The notes under the pieces are model-generated. The model did not search any database. It was not told where the DNA came from and was given only the letters and a program-made list of their open reading frames with translations. From assembly GCA_032718475.1 (NCBI GenBank), contig JAUCBJ010002518.1, forward strand, positions 18,498 to 82,497: a DNA stretch of 64,000 nucleotides, in the 5' to 3' direction. How positions within the stretch are numbered: the first letter of the stretch is position 1; the number at the start of each line of letters is the position of its first letter. Below, in pieces: positions 25,701-35,325 of the stretch. Source of the DNA: Nemertoderma westbladi (lineage: Eukaryota > Animalia > Xenacoelomorpha). A program made the position numbers and the translations under genes.

Positions 25701-26177
25701 TACTTCTTGTAACTCTAACCTACTCTCTCTCACTGTTCCCTTTAACTGCTGCACAGTACCTTCCAATTCTCGGACCTGCTGTGAAGACCTTTGTCTATGG
25801 TCTTCCAGTTGCCCGAGCAGGCGGTTCATCCCCCGCCGTCCCTTGTCCACCCACTCAACCGCTGAAGCGGGAGCCGCCAACATAGTAGCGGGGTGACGCG
25901 TAGGGACGACGGGAGACAAGTCATTTATGTCTTGCTCGGCGTCCAGGACCGGATGTGGTTCCGGGGCTTGTCTACTGGGCACAGGTAATTTAGTACTGTG
26001 CAAAGGGAATTTAGAGTTAGGTTCTGGAAGTACAGGGGTCTCCATCACCGGAGTGGCTTCCATGACAGGCCTAATTATTTCAGGCTCATCTACTATAGTA
26101 GGGAGTCTTTCTACTCTAATAATTTGGTCTGTAGGTTCTTGATTACTTAAGTCTACATTAGCTAGTTGCCTTCTCAC
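22767..26177 (-). CDS. Element A gag-protease-RT N-terminus
   Basis: KFNGYEMKWLPF gag core; BEL triple knuckle CALCDGPHRLSGC / CYNCLRRGHQRRTC / CAKCGAKHHILLH; protease LLDSGS; RT RVVFDGSA...SLNSELLPGPNL. Confidence 0.92.
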   Translation of the reverse strand: MRRQLANVDLSNQEPTDQIIRVERLPTIVDEPEIIRPVMEATPVMETPVLPEPNSKFPLHSTKLPVPSRQAPEPHPVLDAEQDINDLSPVVPTRHPATMLAAPASAVEWVDKGRRGMNRLLGQLEDHRQRSSQQVRELEGTVQQLKGTVRESRLELQEVQQSIALERDKLVNIQMGIPPPHVTMCQPIRSEIFHAQGVEPTRIYTTSEVETPIVNPIKGNYKPVDNDIPYRSDHNPRNLYTDNSILNNTMAQESFTRQMARTEARQAVKVGEVVKFNGYEMKWLPFNEYYKDNIQNSVLSNREKLRFLTECLEGPPKLMALKFIGHPDGLRQVWDTLNIRYGNRTNIARYLYAKLVAPRKFLSSAIIEFSNEIQEICRQLDWLGKSQEYQSSMVVGAVASTLPILPKGGVGNRWDNKVLYMMDQQQRDPTMADLMSFLNGEVRLQLLKQSREKTPESKVSEKPVSRRKVTPVCYTDDGESQTSYEENSGKDTERSYYVNKMRKDVSKSKSRTSDRRDQVTTPPTSPKRIHGRKPEERTSVHNTTHVKVSNIKPKCALCDGPHRLSGCDEFLKKSLKDRRDVMWDKRLCYNCLRRGHQRRTCYSDARCAKCGAKHHILLHTEFDRTRTSQVSEPELHVQFSDVIDTDHSSEMEGFYTDEFSDENESCYMINTAVYRALTYETESEVENPKLTIPDRQPSWKAPTSSVGIREFPVVQLRVHGLGKSLIVNALLDSGSTGRFIDKELAEDIFAGQAKFRTKLNLSGIMQVWKSTVATDYYVGVLSTPQDELGEHSVRSVKMVAIKNFATSQVEPYNWDEDHFTQQHNIPRFNTDYPGVQILIGQNAHEALETLEKPQPLQTYAGRTRVGWYFTGPSRRTLMERLPNERVHQVSEWEEEISEGETTTEGTPYSSDNDDINQLYDEENIIDLLTKTQTWLNQVNLCHLIDQHGGQFTYNDELNEVIDRYNNKIRDEHAVRFFTQEAVEPNSYNKALSVEEERAKQIQETTTHYLKDEGRYEIGLPFRRREPTFINNRPLAEKRIAQLHRRLTANDQAREMYRTQLKKFIDKGYAERVPEETPIMERTYYLTHHYVPKPGKANEFRVVFDGSALYMGQSLNSELLPGPNLLQSLLGILLGLR

Positions 26178-26554
26178 CGCAGGAGGTAAATTGGGTAACT
26201 TCTGACGGTGTGGCGTTCTTCTACATCTGCTTGTATGAGATTTATTACCTTTCCCCTCGGGATCTGTTGTATCACCCTCATCGGAGGAGGTAAATCCCTG
26301 TCTTCTGGGAGTAGATTAACTCAGTATTTGCATCTGAGTAGCTGTCCTTTGTTTCTTCAAGTAATCTTGTTTCGCCTGAAGGTTCTCCAGCTCTAGTTGG
26401 GTAGTCGCTTCAGACGCCTTCTGTTCTGTCTCTGCCACTGCCGCCTTTCTTTCAGCCTCTGCAGCTGACGCCTTCCTCTCAGATTCTGCCGCTGCCTCTG
26501 CCGCTGCCGCTTTTCTTTCAGCCTCTGCAGCCGATGCCTTCCTTTCAGATTCTG

Positions 26555-26672
26555 CCGCTGCCACTGCCACTGCCGCTGCCGTTGCCACTGCCGCTGCCGC
26601 TGCCGCTGCCGCTGCCGCTGCCGCTGCCGCTGCCGCTGCCGCTGCCGCTGCCGCTGCCGCTGCCGCTGCCGC
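26555..26672. repeat. (GCCGCT)n array encoding poly-Ala in the gag N-terminal AAAEAERK repeat region
   Basis: Visible; homologous to the open Ala/Glu repeat at 63340-63600. Confidence 0.85.
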
Positions 26673-27581
26673 TTTTCTTTCAGATTCCGCAGCTGCCGCC
26701 TTCCGCTGCTGCTGACCTTCGGTCTTCTATTTGCCTTTTCTTTATCTGCTCTTCTTGGTCCATCGCTATGAGGATGCTTTCATCAAATTTAACCTGCTCC
26801 GCAGCTAATATTTCCGCATCTAACGAGTCCAACACAAATTTGGCTCCCTCACTATTAGGGTGAAGTCCAGCTAGCCGTCTCCTTAGCTCTTTGTCACCTA
26901 TAAATCGTTGATAGTCCGACAGATAGATGTCAATAGCATCCTTCTTGTTAGCTTATTCAATCCCGCTAACACCCCATAAAGTTATAAGCCGATAAGCAAT
27001 ATTGGGAGCCACGAGATTGGGCAATTAACCAACTCGTGCCATCCCAATAAGAGTGGGAAGGAAGCACACAATAAAGGGTCAGGGGCCAAACCCCTAACCC
27101 AGAGAGTACAGGTGGAGTGAACGGGAACACTCCACGGGGCGCCAACAAGGGTATCAACCAATCAGAGGGGGGCAAGGCATCGATTAGGTAGTAATTAGGC
27201 CAACCGTGCAATATAATCAGTAACCTATTAATCAGTAATTCAGTTATCTCAATGCAGTAGTGCTAGCATAGGTTAGTTAGTTTAGATAGGGGAGCACGGG
27301 ACTTTTAGTTACCGTATCCCGCCTTCCACATATCTATATCTATATCTTATACCCATCAGTTATTATACACCAAACATCAGAACTCATTCACTGCTTTCGT
27401 TTACTCTTTATACACGGCGGGGACGCGTAAACTAAAATACCGGATAAATCGGGATCCCTCCTGGATCCCGTCACAGTAACTAAAATCTAGTTGCCGCCCT
27501 AGCTAAACTGTAAAAGTAACTAAAACCAGCTGCCGCCCCAGATAAAAGCCAAACCACCAGTCACCAATCTGCAGAAGAGAG

Positions 27582-28567
27582 ATGAGCCAGTCAGGTGAAT
27601 CGACACCGCCGCGGACCCCGGACGACGATCTAACGATCCGCGAGGCCACGGCGAGACGATACGAACCCACGACGCCGGTCGATGCTACGCCGACCACGTC
27701 GACGCACGTTGACGCCACGTCGATAACGAGCGACCCGGCGAACCAAGATGTGGGGGGTCGTCTACAAAGAGGGGACGAGTCGGGAGTCGAAAGGGAGAAA
27801 GACGAGGTCAACGTACCGATGTCGCCGGCCAGCCACAGGCCGAGGACGACGAACGGTCCACCGGAACGGCGACGGTGGGGCCGTCGGTACGACGTCGGAC
27901 CCGGAGAGATGGAGGAGAGGTCGGCGACGAGGACGTCGGGGTTTCCGATCGACTTCGACGGGCCTACAACGCGACCCGGGAACTACTAAAGGAGGCCAAG
28001 GAGGGGGCGAGGATAGACGAGGTCAGGATGACAAAGGGACTAGGTGAGTCGAACAGATACTTTGATCACCTAGTGTGTTCTGGGCAGAGAGAACTGGCCG
28101 GGGAGAGAGCGAGAGGGGTTGCCTTCGAACTGTTTGGGCTATGGGAACGTAGGGGTATGGGGCCTGGTGTAGTGTACATAGGGCCATACTTAGTCGATGC
28201 CAGGGAAGTTAAGTTAGTGGGTTGGAAGAGACATGGGGAGGGCGAATCCGAGGTTAACTCCGAGGATTCGGTCTCGTCGGTCGGAGGAAGTTCTGGGAAG
28301 CGGGGGAAAGTTAGTAGGACGGAGGGGCGACGGGAGTCCGTCGCAACCGATAAGTCTGCTACATCCTCCGCAAAAGAAAGAAGGGTGCGAGAGAGTGAAC
28401 GCGTGGCGTATAAATTAGAAAAGGCGGCGGCAGAGCGGAAACAGTTAGAGGGGCAATTGAGAGAGCAAACCGCATTATTAGAGTTGGTAAGGGAGGATAG
28501 AGAGAGAACAACAGGGGCAACGGGAAACACACCAGGGAAGGTGAAAGGGCGAGAAGTGGGATATTAG
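27582..28567 (+). pseudogene. Element B gag N-terminus (frameshifted, truncated)
   Basis: Overlapping ORFs 27582-27989 and 27875-28567 just after the 5' LTR; SVSS/coiled-coil low-complexity sequence as in BEL gag N-termini. Confidence 0.55.
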
Positions 28568-28877
28568 CCAATGGGGGGACAGCATCGACTAGGTACAGTA
28601 ATATGGCCAACTGTGCAGTACATATATTACCTGTTGGTGCTTCCCTATTCAGTTTAGTTTACTCAGTCAGATCAGTAGGGTGGAACGGGGACTTCTGTCA
28701 CCGTCCGCTACCGCCATCATACTTATTACCTGTTGTGTCATACTATACTATATATCTCAGACTATTATACCTTTATACATATTACCGAACATCAGAACTC
28801 TTTTACCTTTCACACACGGCGGGGACGCGTGGATAGAAAACCCAACGGATAAACCGGGATCCGTAGATCCCGTCACA
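28560..28877 (+). mobile_element. 3' part of a related B-type LTR (variant B2) inside element B
   Basis: Homologous to the B LTR and to the solo LTR (ATTAGCCAATGGGGG...CACGGCGGGGAC...GATCCCGTCACA). Confidence 0.8.
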
Positions 28878-29010
28878 GTGACAGAACAGATCAGATACAG
28901 GGCGCGAGGTTCGCGACATCCTAAAAGGATTCGGCTTTAACCTGACAAAATTCCAATCCAGTTCGGAAGAATTTATCAAAGCCATAGAGGACAGGAAACC
29001 AGAATCGACC

Positions 29011-31497
29011 ATGGATAACCCCACAACAGCCAAAGGGCAGGACATGGCGATTAAGAGAACAGAATCTCAGCAGAAGGCATTGGGAATCGTGTGGGATAGA
29101 AAGACAGACGAACTGAAGTATCAGCTGAGCCAGGAGGGCGCAGACATCCACACAAAGAGGGGCTATGTATCGTATATAGCAAGGATATACAATCCCCTAG
29201 GCCTAGCATCCCCATTATTAGTCACGGGGAAACAGATACTCAAGAGAGTATACAAATTGAAAGATGAGTGGGACGTAGAGGTACCAGAGGAAATCAAGAA
29301 ACAGTGGAGCAAGTGGACAGGAAACCTGGAGAAGATGGGAACATACAACATGCCAAGGGTGTATTTCCCGGATGGGAACATGACGAATCTGGACCTACAC
29401 ATGTTCTCCGACGCGTCGTTGGAAGCGTACGGAGTGGCACTCTACTTAGTACAACGAGAGGGGGCTCATAAGCCAAGGCTAGCCTTTAGCAAAGCAAAGT
29501 CAACGCCGCCAGATTCAGCATCAGTTCCCAAGTTAGAATTGACAGCTGCGAGACTAGGAGTAAGAGCCACAGCCTACCTAGTGGATACTATTCCCAACAT
29601 AGTGGAGACACACTACTGGACGGACTCCATGGTAGTGCTTGGTTGGCTACACAACGAAAAGACGAGATACCCGATGTTCGTCGCGAATAGAGTGGACGAA
29701 ATAAGGGCGAGCACAGAACTGGAACTGGGGTGGCACTACTGCCCAACAGACGAGAACCCAGCGGACTTGCTGTCGAGGGGCGTGGAACGCCACACTTTCC
29801 TGAAGAAGGAAGTATTGTGGCAACATGGGCCACAATTTCTGAGCGATAGGGAGGCCTGGCCGCCGATGAGGAAGGTGGACCCGGGCTCGGAAGTAGTATC
29901 AGAAGGAGAAGAGGGAGACTCAGAGGGAGAAGAGATATACTCCCAGATGGCGAGGGAGATTAGGGACGTGCAACTGTGCAGGAAAGGAAAGGAACTGTGC
30001 GATAACCCGACGGATAAACTCCTCAGCTACAGTTCTAGTTGGTATAAAACCAAGAAACTAGTGGCGTACTGGAGAGCCTTCGGAAATTTCCTTGCGGGAG
30101 TCGGCAAGGACAAGAAGATCAGGACAACCATAGATCTGGAAGGAGCGGCCAAGGCAGTGATCCGCTATGAACAACGGAAGAACTACGGCGACGAGGTGGA
30201 ACGCGTCGGTAACCAACAGCACCTCCGACGGGATAGCGAGCTGATTACGCTGTCGCCACAACTCAATGACGACGGGATTCTAGTAATGAATTCTAGGGTG
30301 GGATACAACAACAGCATAGTCGTACCACCGAAACCCATCATCATTCCCACAGGATCGCCAATAGTCCACCAGATTATATGGGACTCCCACAAATCGATAT
30401 TGCATGGGGGCACCAACCGAACCCTCACAGAGATAAGGAGGACCTATTGGGTCAAACAATTAAGGAAGAAGGTTAAAGTGGTAGTGGGGCAGTGCCAGAC
30501 CTGCCGACGAGCGAAGAAGGAGCGAGCCATACAGGAGATGGCGCCACTACCGGCGAGTAGGGTAAGACAGCACGACCCGCCATTTACGCATTGCGGTGTG
30601 GACATGTTCGGGCCGATAAAGATCAAAGTGATGCGACACACGGAGAAACGCTACGGCATTATCTTCGTATGCAACAATACGCGGGCGGTAGGGATAGAAC
30701 TCGCCCAAGATGCAACCGCATCAGCGTTCATTAACGCCTTGGAAAGATTTAGGGACCGCAAAGGTGGGACGATCGCAGTGATATACAGCGACAACGGCAC
30801 CAACTTTGTGGGCGCAGAGAGTGAGATGGCAGAGGCCTTGGACATCTTGGAGGGGGAAGAAGTCAGGGCAGCCATGAGACGACGACAAGTAAAGTGGGAG
30901 AGAAGGACGCCTTATGCACCACATACACTAGGATGCGTCGAGAGACTAGTGGGCAGTTCAAAGCGTCTAATGATGAAGCTAATGAATACCCACATGGTCA
31001 CTGAGGACGTCTTACGGACAGTACTTGCGAAGTGCGAGGGGATCATTAATAGCAGACCGCTATATCCGGAGAATGATGACCCTGAGTCACTAGACGTGCT
31101 AACGCCTAGCCATTTCCTGATGGAAAGGCCAGCAACCATCGATATGCGGGGTGTAGACCCAGACGACATACACTCCCGCCAAAGTTGGAAAGTCGCTAAA
31201 GCGATAAGCGCAGAGTACTGGAGGAGGTGGGTCGAGGAATACCTACCCACCCTCCATAAGCGAAGCAAGTGGAGGAAGCCGAACAGGGAGTTAAGAGAGG
31301 GAGATCTCGTAATCGTTACGGATGATACTATCATCAACAACCAATGGCGGTTGGCGAGAGTTGTAGGCACCTACTCCGACGAGGACGGAAGAGTCCGATC
31401 GGTAGAAGTGCGGATAGGTGGAAAGATAGGTGCGAAGGACAGAAAAACTTACAGGAGAGCTATAGGTAAATGCTGTCTATTGGAAGGGGCACCTTAG
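29011..31497 (+). CDS. Element B pol C-terminal part: RT thumb, Pao RNase H, integrase
   Basis: YNPLGL, HMFSDAS, PKLEL, WTDS, NPADLLSRG; HHCC (H..ILHGG...CQTC); DDE core GVDMFGP / SDNGTNF / VERLV; ends RAIGKCCLLE. The upstream GFNLTKF RT remnant shows protease and RT core are deleted. Confidence 0.93.
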   Translation: MDNPTTAKGQDMAIKRTESQQKALGIVWDRKTDELKYQLSQEGADIHTKRGYVSYIARIYNPLGLASPLLVTGKQILKRVYKLKDEWDVEVPEEIKKQWSKWTGNLEKMGTYNMPRVYFPDGNMTNLDLHMFSDASLEAYGVALYLVQREGAHKPRLAFSKAKSTPPDSASVPKLELTAARLGVRATAYLVDTIPNIVETHYWTDSMVVLGWLHNEKTRYPMFVANRVDEIRASTELELGWHYCPTDENPADLLSRGVERHTFLKKEVLWQHGPQFLSDREAWPPMRKVDPGSEVVSEGEEGDSEGEEIYSQMAREIRDVQLCRKGKELCDNPTDKLLSYSSSWYKTKKLVAYWRAFGNFLAGVGKDKKIRTTIDLEGAAKAVIRYEQRKNYGDEVERVGNQQHLRRDSELITLSPQLNDDGILVMNSRVGYNNSIVVPPKPIIIPTGSPIVHQIIWDSHKSILHGGTNRTLTEIRRTYWVKQLRKKVKVVVGQCQTCRRAKKERAIQEMAPLPASRVRQHDPPFTHCGVDMFGPIKIKVMRHTEKRYGIIFVCNNTRAVGIELAQDATASAFINALERFRDRKGGTIAVIYSDNGTNFVGAESEMAEALDILEGEEVRAAMRRRQVKWERRTPYAPHTLGCVERLVGSSKRLMMKLMNTHMVTEDVLRTVLAKCEGIINSRPLYPENDDPESLDVLTPSHFLMERPATIDMRGVDPDDIHSRQSWKVAKAISAEYWRRWVEEYLPTLHKRSKWRKPNRELREGDLVIVTDDTIINNQWRLARVVGTYSDEDGRVRSVEVRIGGKIGAKDRKTYRRAIGKCCLLEGAP

Positions 31498-31619
31498 CAA
31501 AGCTAGAGGATATTTTAGTCGTCCAAGTTTTGGACTGAGGGGGGTGGGATTGAGGGCGAGACGCCCTTCCCACAAACAAAATAATAAAATAAAATAAAAA
31601 AAATAGTACATGGTAGGTA

Positions 31620-32290
31620 CGCAGTTAGTAGGCAGAGAGTTAGTTAGAAGGTACGTAAGTACCTAGTTAGTTAGTTAGTTAGGAGGTACGTAGTACCGCC
31701 AGTTAGAGAGTTAGTTAGAGGGTACGTAAGTACCGTTAGTTAGTTAGTTAGTTAGGAGGTACATAGTACCGCCAGTTAGAGAGTTAGTTAGAGGGTACGT
31801 AAGTACCGTTAGTTAGTTAGTTAGTTAGGAGGTACATAGTACCGCCAGTTAGAGAGTTAGTTAGAGGGTACGTAAGTACCGTTAGTTAGTTAGTTAAAGA
31901 GTTAGAGGGTACGTAGTACCGATAGTTAGTTAGAAGAGTTAGAGGGTACGTAGTACCGATAGTTAGTTAGAGAGTTAGAGGGTACGTAGTACCGATAGTT
32001 AGCTAGAGAGTTAGAGGGTACGCAGTACCGATAGTTAGTTAGAAGAGTTAGAGGGTACGTAGTACCGATAATTAGTTAGAGAGTTAGAGGGTACGTAGTA
32101 CCAATAGTTAGCTAGAGAGTTAGAGGGTACGCAGTACCGATAGTTAGTTAGAGAGTTAGAGGGTACGTAGTACCGTTAGTTAGAGAGTTAGAGGGTACGT
32201 AGTACCGATAGTTGGAGTTAGAGTTAGAGGGTACGTAGTACCGTTAGTCAGAGTTAGAGTTAGAGGGTACGTAGTACCGTTAGTTAGAAG
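31620..32290 (+). repeat. Tandem array of ~30-37-bp units, each with a GGTAC-N3/4-GTACC hairpin and (AGTT)n linkers
   Basis: Visible, about 20 units, between pol and the extra ORF. Confidence 0.9.
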
Positions 32291-32778
32291 AGAGAGAGTA
32301 AGAGGTAAAAAGGGGTATATAAGATATAGATATTAGTTAGCAGTTAGTAGCGAGAGGGGGGCATATGAGTACAGCTGGGTAAATCGTGTGGCCACACGAC
32401 GTATACTGCTGTACCGCATAGACCCACAGGGTAGGCCAGAATGTGGATTAGAGAATAGAGTAATCCATAGGCAGTAGTAAGTTGTAGGACAGTAGAATCA
32501 AAGTAAATAAAATAAATAAATAGAATAGGGCTGAAAATTGTAAAATAGTGGCAACACAAGGGAAGTTATTCTAGAACATAATAAAAGTAACGGACAGAAA
32601 TCGAAATTAGGGTGTATTTACTAGCTTCAAAATTAATTAGGAATAATTTAGGTTAAAAGGCGCAGTTAAGTAGGAAGTAGGCCATTATCGAACTGTACAG
32701 AACATCCTAGACACATCACTCATCTGTATTGCGCCTTGGTAAGGCACCACCTTGCAGGTGAGCGAGTGAACGTTCGGA

Positions 32779-35325
32779 ATGGCGAGTAAGTTGATCAGAA
32801 AGAGAAAGGCGGAGTCAGGAGGAAAGGAGATACTGGTGGATTTCACCGAGAGACATACGGAAGAGAAGACGAGAGGATACTACGAGAGGTTGGAAAGGGG
32901 TCACGCGGCACGAGCGCTGCAGGATCACTTCCGGGAGGCGCACAAACAGCGGCTGGTCGGGACCTACGGGACCCCGTCGCTAGACAACGCGATCTTCCAA
33001 CACTTCCACTACGTGGTGAAAGGGGACGAGGCGAAGTTCGGGATTCCGAAATACCCGAGGGAATCACCGAGGAAGGACTGGAAAAGATTCATAGAGTCCG
33101 TCAACAGAGGAGGATATATGATCCTAGATGACGAGGGAACCGTGGAAGACGAGGCGGGCTCGAGACGAGGAACGGCAGGGTCAGCCAGGACCATACTCCT
33201 ACATTTGGCCGCGCCAAATGGGGACATCTTCTTATTCGACCTAGGGACGTATGGGAAGAAGGACGGGCCGAAATTAGACCGATTACCGAAAGCGGTACAA
33301 GTCTTAGTAAGAGAGAAGTCGACGACGAAAGTGGGATCGGCGATTCGCGAGGACGCGGAGAGGATCATCGGTCCGGACGCCACCAACCTCCTGGATATGC
33401 AGAAAGTCTTTATGGCTATGACGGCACCGGATGGATTGGGGGTAGTCGAAAACACAGGCCAATGTGGGGCGGTGGCGATGGGCCAATTATTGGGGCTCGT
33501 ATGCCACAAACCGATGGAGTGGGGGAAGTTTAGGGAAGAATACGGGGCAGAACTAGCAAACTCGCTAAAGTGGGGAGCTAGACCGGGAAAGCAGGAGGTA
33601 TATCAGTTCCGCAGGGGAGCGATAAAGGTATATCAGAAGCGATATATCCTGCAGGAGGACTGGATGATGATAAGTTTGCTTAACTTATTCATGACCATGA
33701 TTATCGAGAGGGAACCAGGGGCATTTCTGTTATCGGGATCACCCCTAAGCTACAGGAGAGCCTTTAAAGTGGCCTTTGACGGTCTGGTAGACCACCCGGG
33801 GCTGAAGGGCGAGTCGGTGTATTACAACAGCCGACATCTGGTAGACGGGGAGACAGATACACCGTATCAGAGATGGGAGCAGTTAGAGACGGATAGACGA
33901 GAAGCAAAGCGACTGGAAGAAGTCGCTAGACGGGAGAGGATAGAAGCAGAGGAGAGGGAAGAGGAGGCCAGGACACAGAGTTACGGCTTCGAGGAACAGG
34001 CGGGCCTAGACGAACTTCATTGGACTTCGTCAGGGAGTTCGGGGGAGTCTCTAGGGCGAGAATTGGGATGGACGGTGGGATCGCCGAAACAGTCGACGTC
34101 GGGGTTGCGAACGATGCCCATACCAGCGGGCGCCGAGGGCGACCAACCGCCAAGGAAGTTAAGGGAGCTAGAGGGATGGAGAGCTACGGGCGAGAGCCAA
34201 GGTGGGAAGGGACATAGTGGATCCATCGGGATACCGGGATTGGAGACACTACCAGAGGAGGACGACGACGACGAGTTCGGAGAGATACCGCCCATCGAGA
34301 GGATAGGCCACTCGGACACGGACTGGGTTGGCGGAAGGGTGGTGACGGCCAGTGGGGCGAGGGCCTTCTGGAACAGATCCGGCAAGCGGACCTGGGTGCA
34401 CGAGGAGCCGGCGATGGATTTCGCGGGGAGCACCATCAGGTTGGGCGAGCAACCGGGGACGGCACCACGGATAGTATTCGGGGAGACGATGCCCGAGAGG
34501 GGCGGAGAGATCGACGTAAACAGGGAGACCAACGTAGAGAAGTTCGCCTACCAGCGACTCCACAGACTGCAGAGATCGCTTGGGACGAAAGACGAGGTGG
34601 GATGGGAGACATTGGTACTCGGCTGCGACTACTGTGGGAGACAGACCCATCGGGAAAGCAGCTGCCTATACCGGTTCCAACAGGGAACCTTTTGTCTCTA
34701 CTGCAGAGAACCAAGCCACAGGATGGGGGCGTGTCCACGGTTGCATAACCGATGTCCAAAGTGCCACTTTCGGGGACACTACGGACGCGAGTGCGACTGG
34801 ATGAACGACGAGGAGAAGTTCACAAGATTCGAGGAGTAGGCCGACGTCGGGGCCATGACGCGCCAGTGCATGAAGGCCCAGGAGTTTAAGTGGGGTTTCT
34901 TCCTTATCAATCAGGAGACTCACATGGAAATCATAAAGCGGAGGCTACCGTTTACCTACCAGGAGGTAGCAACGGCGGCGTCGTACGCTGGAGTGATGAA
35001 CACGCAAAGGTATCTGGACAGGTGGACGCCAGAGAACCGAAGGGAGTTTAGGGATTTCTTGGCGGAGCACGTACCAAAGGCAATGAAAATGATCCTATGG
35101 GACTCCACTAGAGGGAGACAACCGGGCCATTCTGAGGGGCCACCGGCGAAGCGATATCGGGCACTAATAACACCAGCGCCCAAGGAGCCAACGACCGGGA
35201 TCAGCAAGGAAGTGGCGGCGAAGGTCCGAAAGCAGAAAGCGGATGATGCCAGAGGAACGGTGATAACCAAGAAGCGGCCCAGGGAAGAGGACGCTAGGGG
35301 GAACTACCCCCGGAGGAACAGATAG
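32779..35325 (+). CDS. Element B extra ORF: DEDDy (WRN/EXD/RNase D-like) 3'-5' exonuclease plus three CCHC zinc knuckles; one in-frame TAG at 34837-34839
   Basis: ExoI ILDDEG, LLHLAA, LFDL, LPKAVQVLV..KVGSAIREDA (ExoII), NLLDM and QKRYILQED (ExoIII-like). CDYCGRQTHRESSC, CLYCREPSHRMGAC and CPKCHFRGHYGREC. ORF 34855-35325 is in the same frame. Confidence 0.72.

Noticed and set aside
26534-26863. (LP)n protein on + strand and Ala/Ser or Cys-rich ORFs at 63148-63630 on - strand
   Set aside because: Antisense readings of the gag Ala/Glu repeat.
32779-35325. env gene for element B (and 16480-18678 for element A)
   Set aside because: No signal peptide, TM anchor or fusion-protein cysteine pattern; nuclease and knuckle motifs instead in B.
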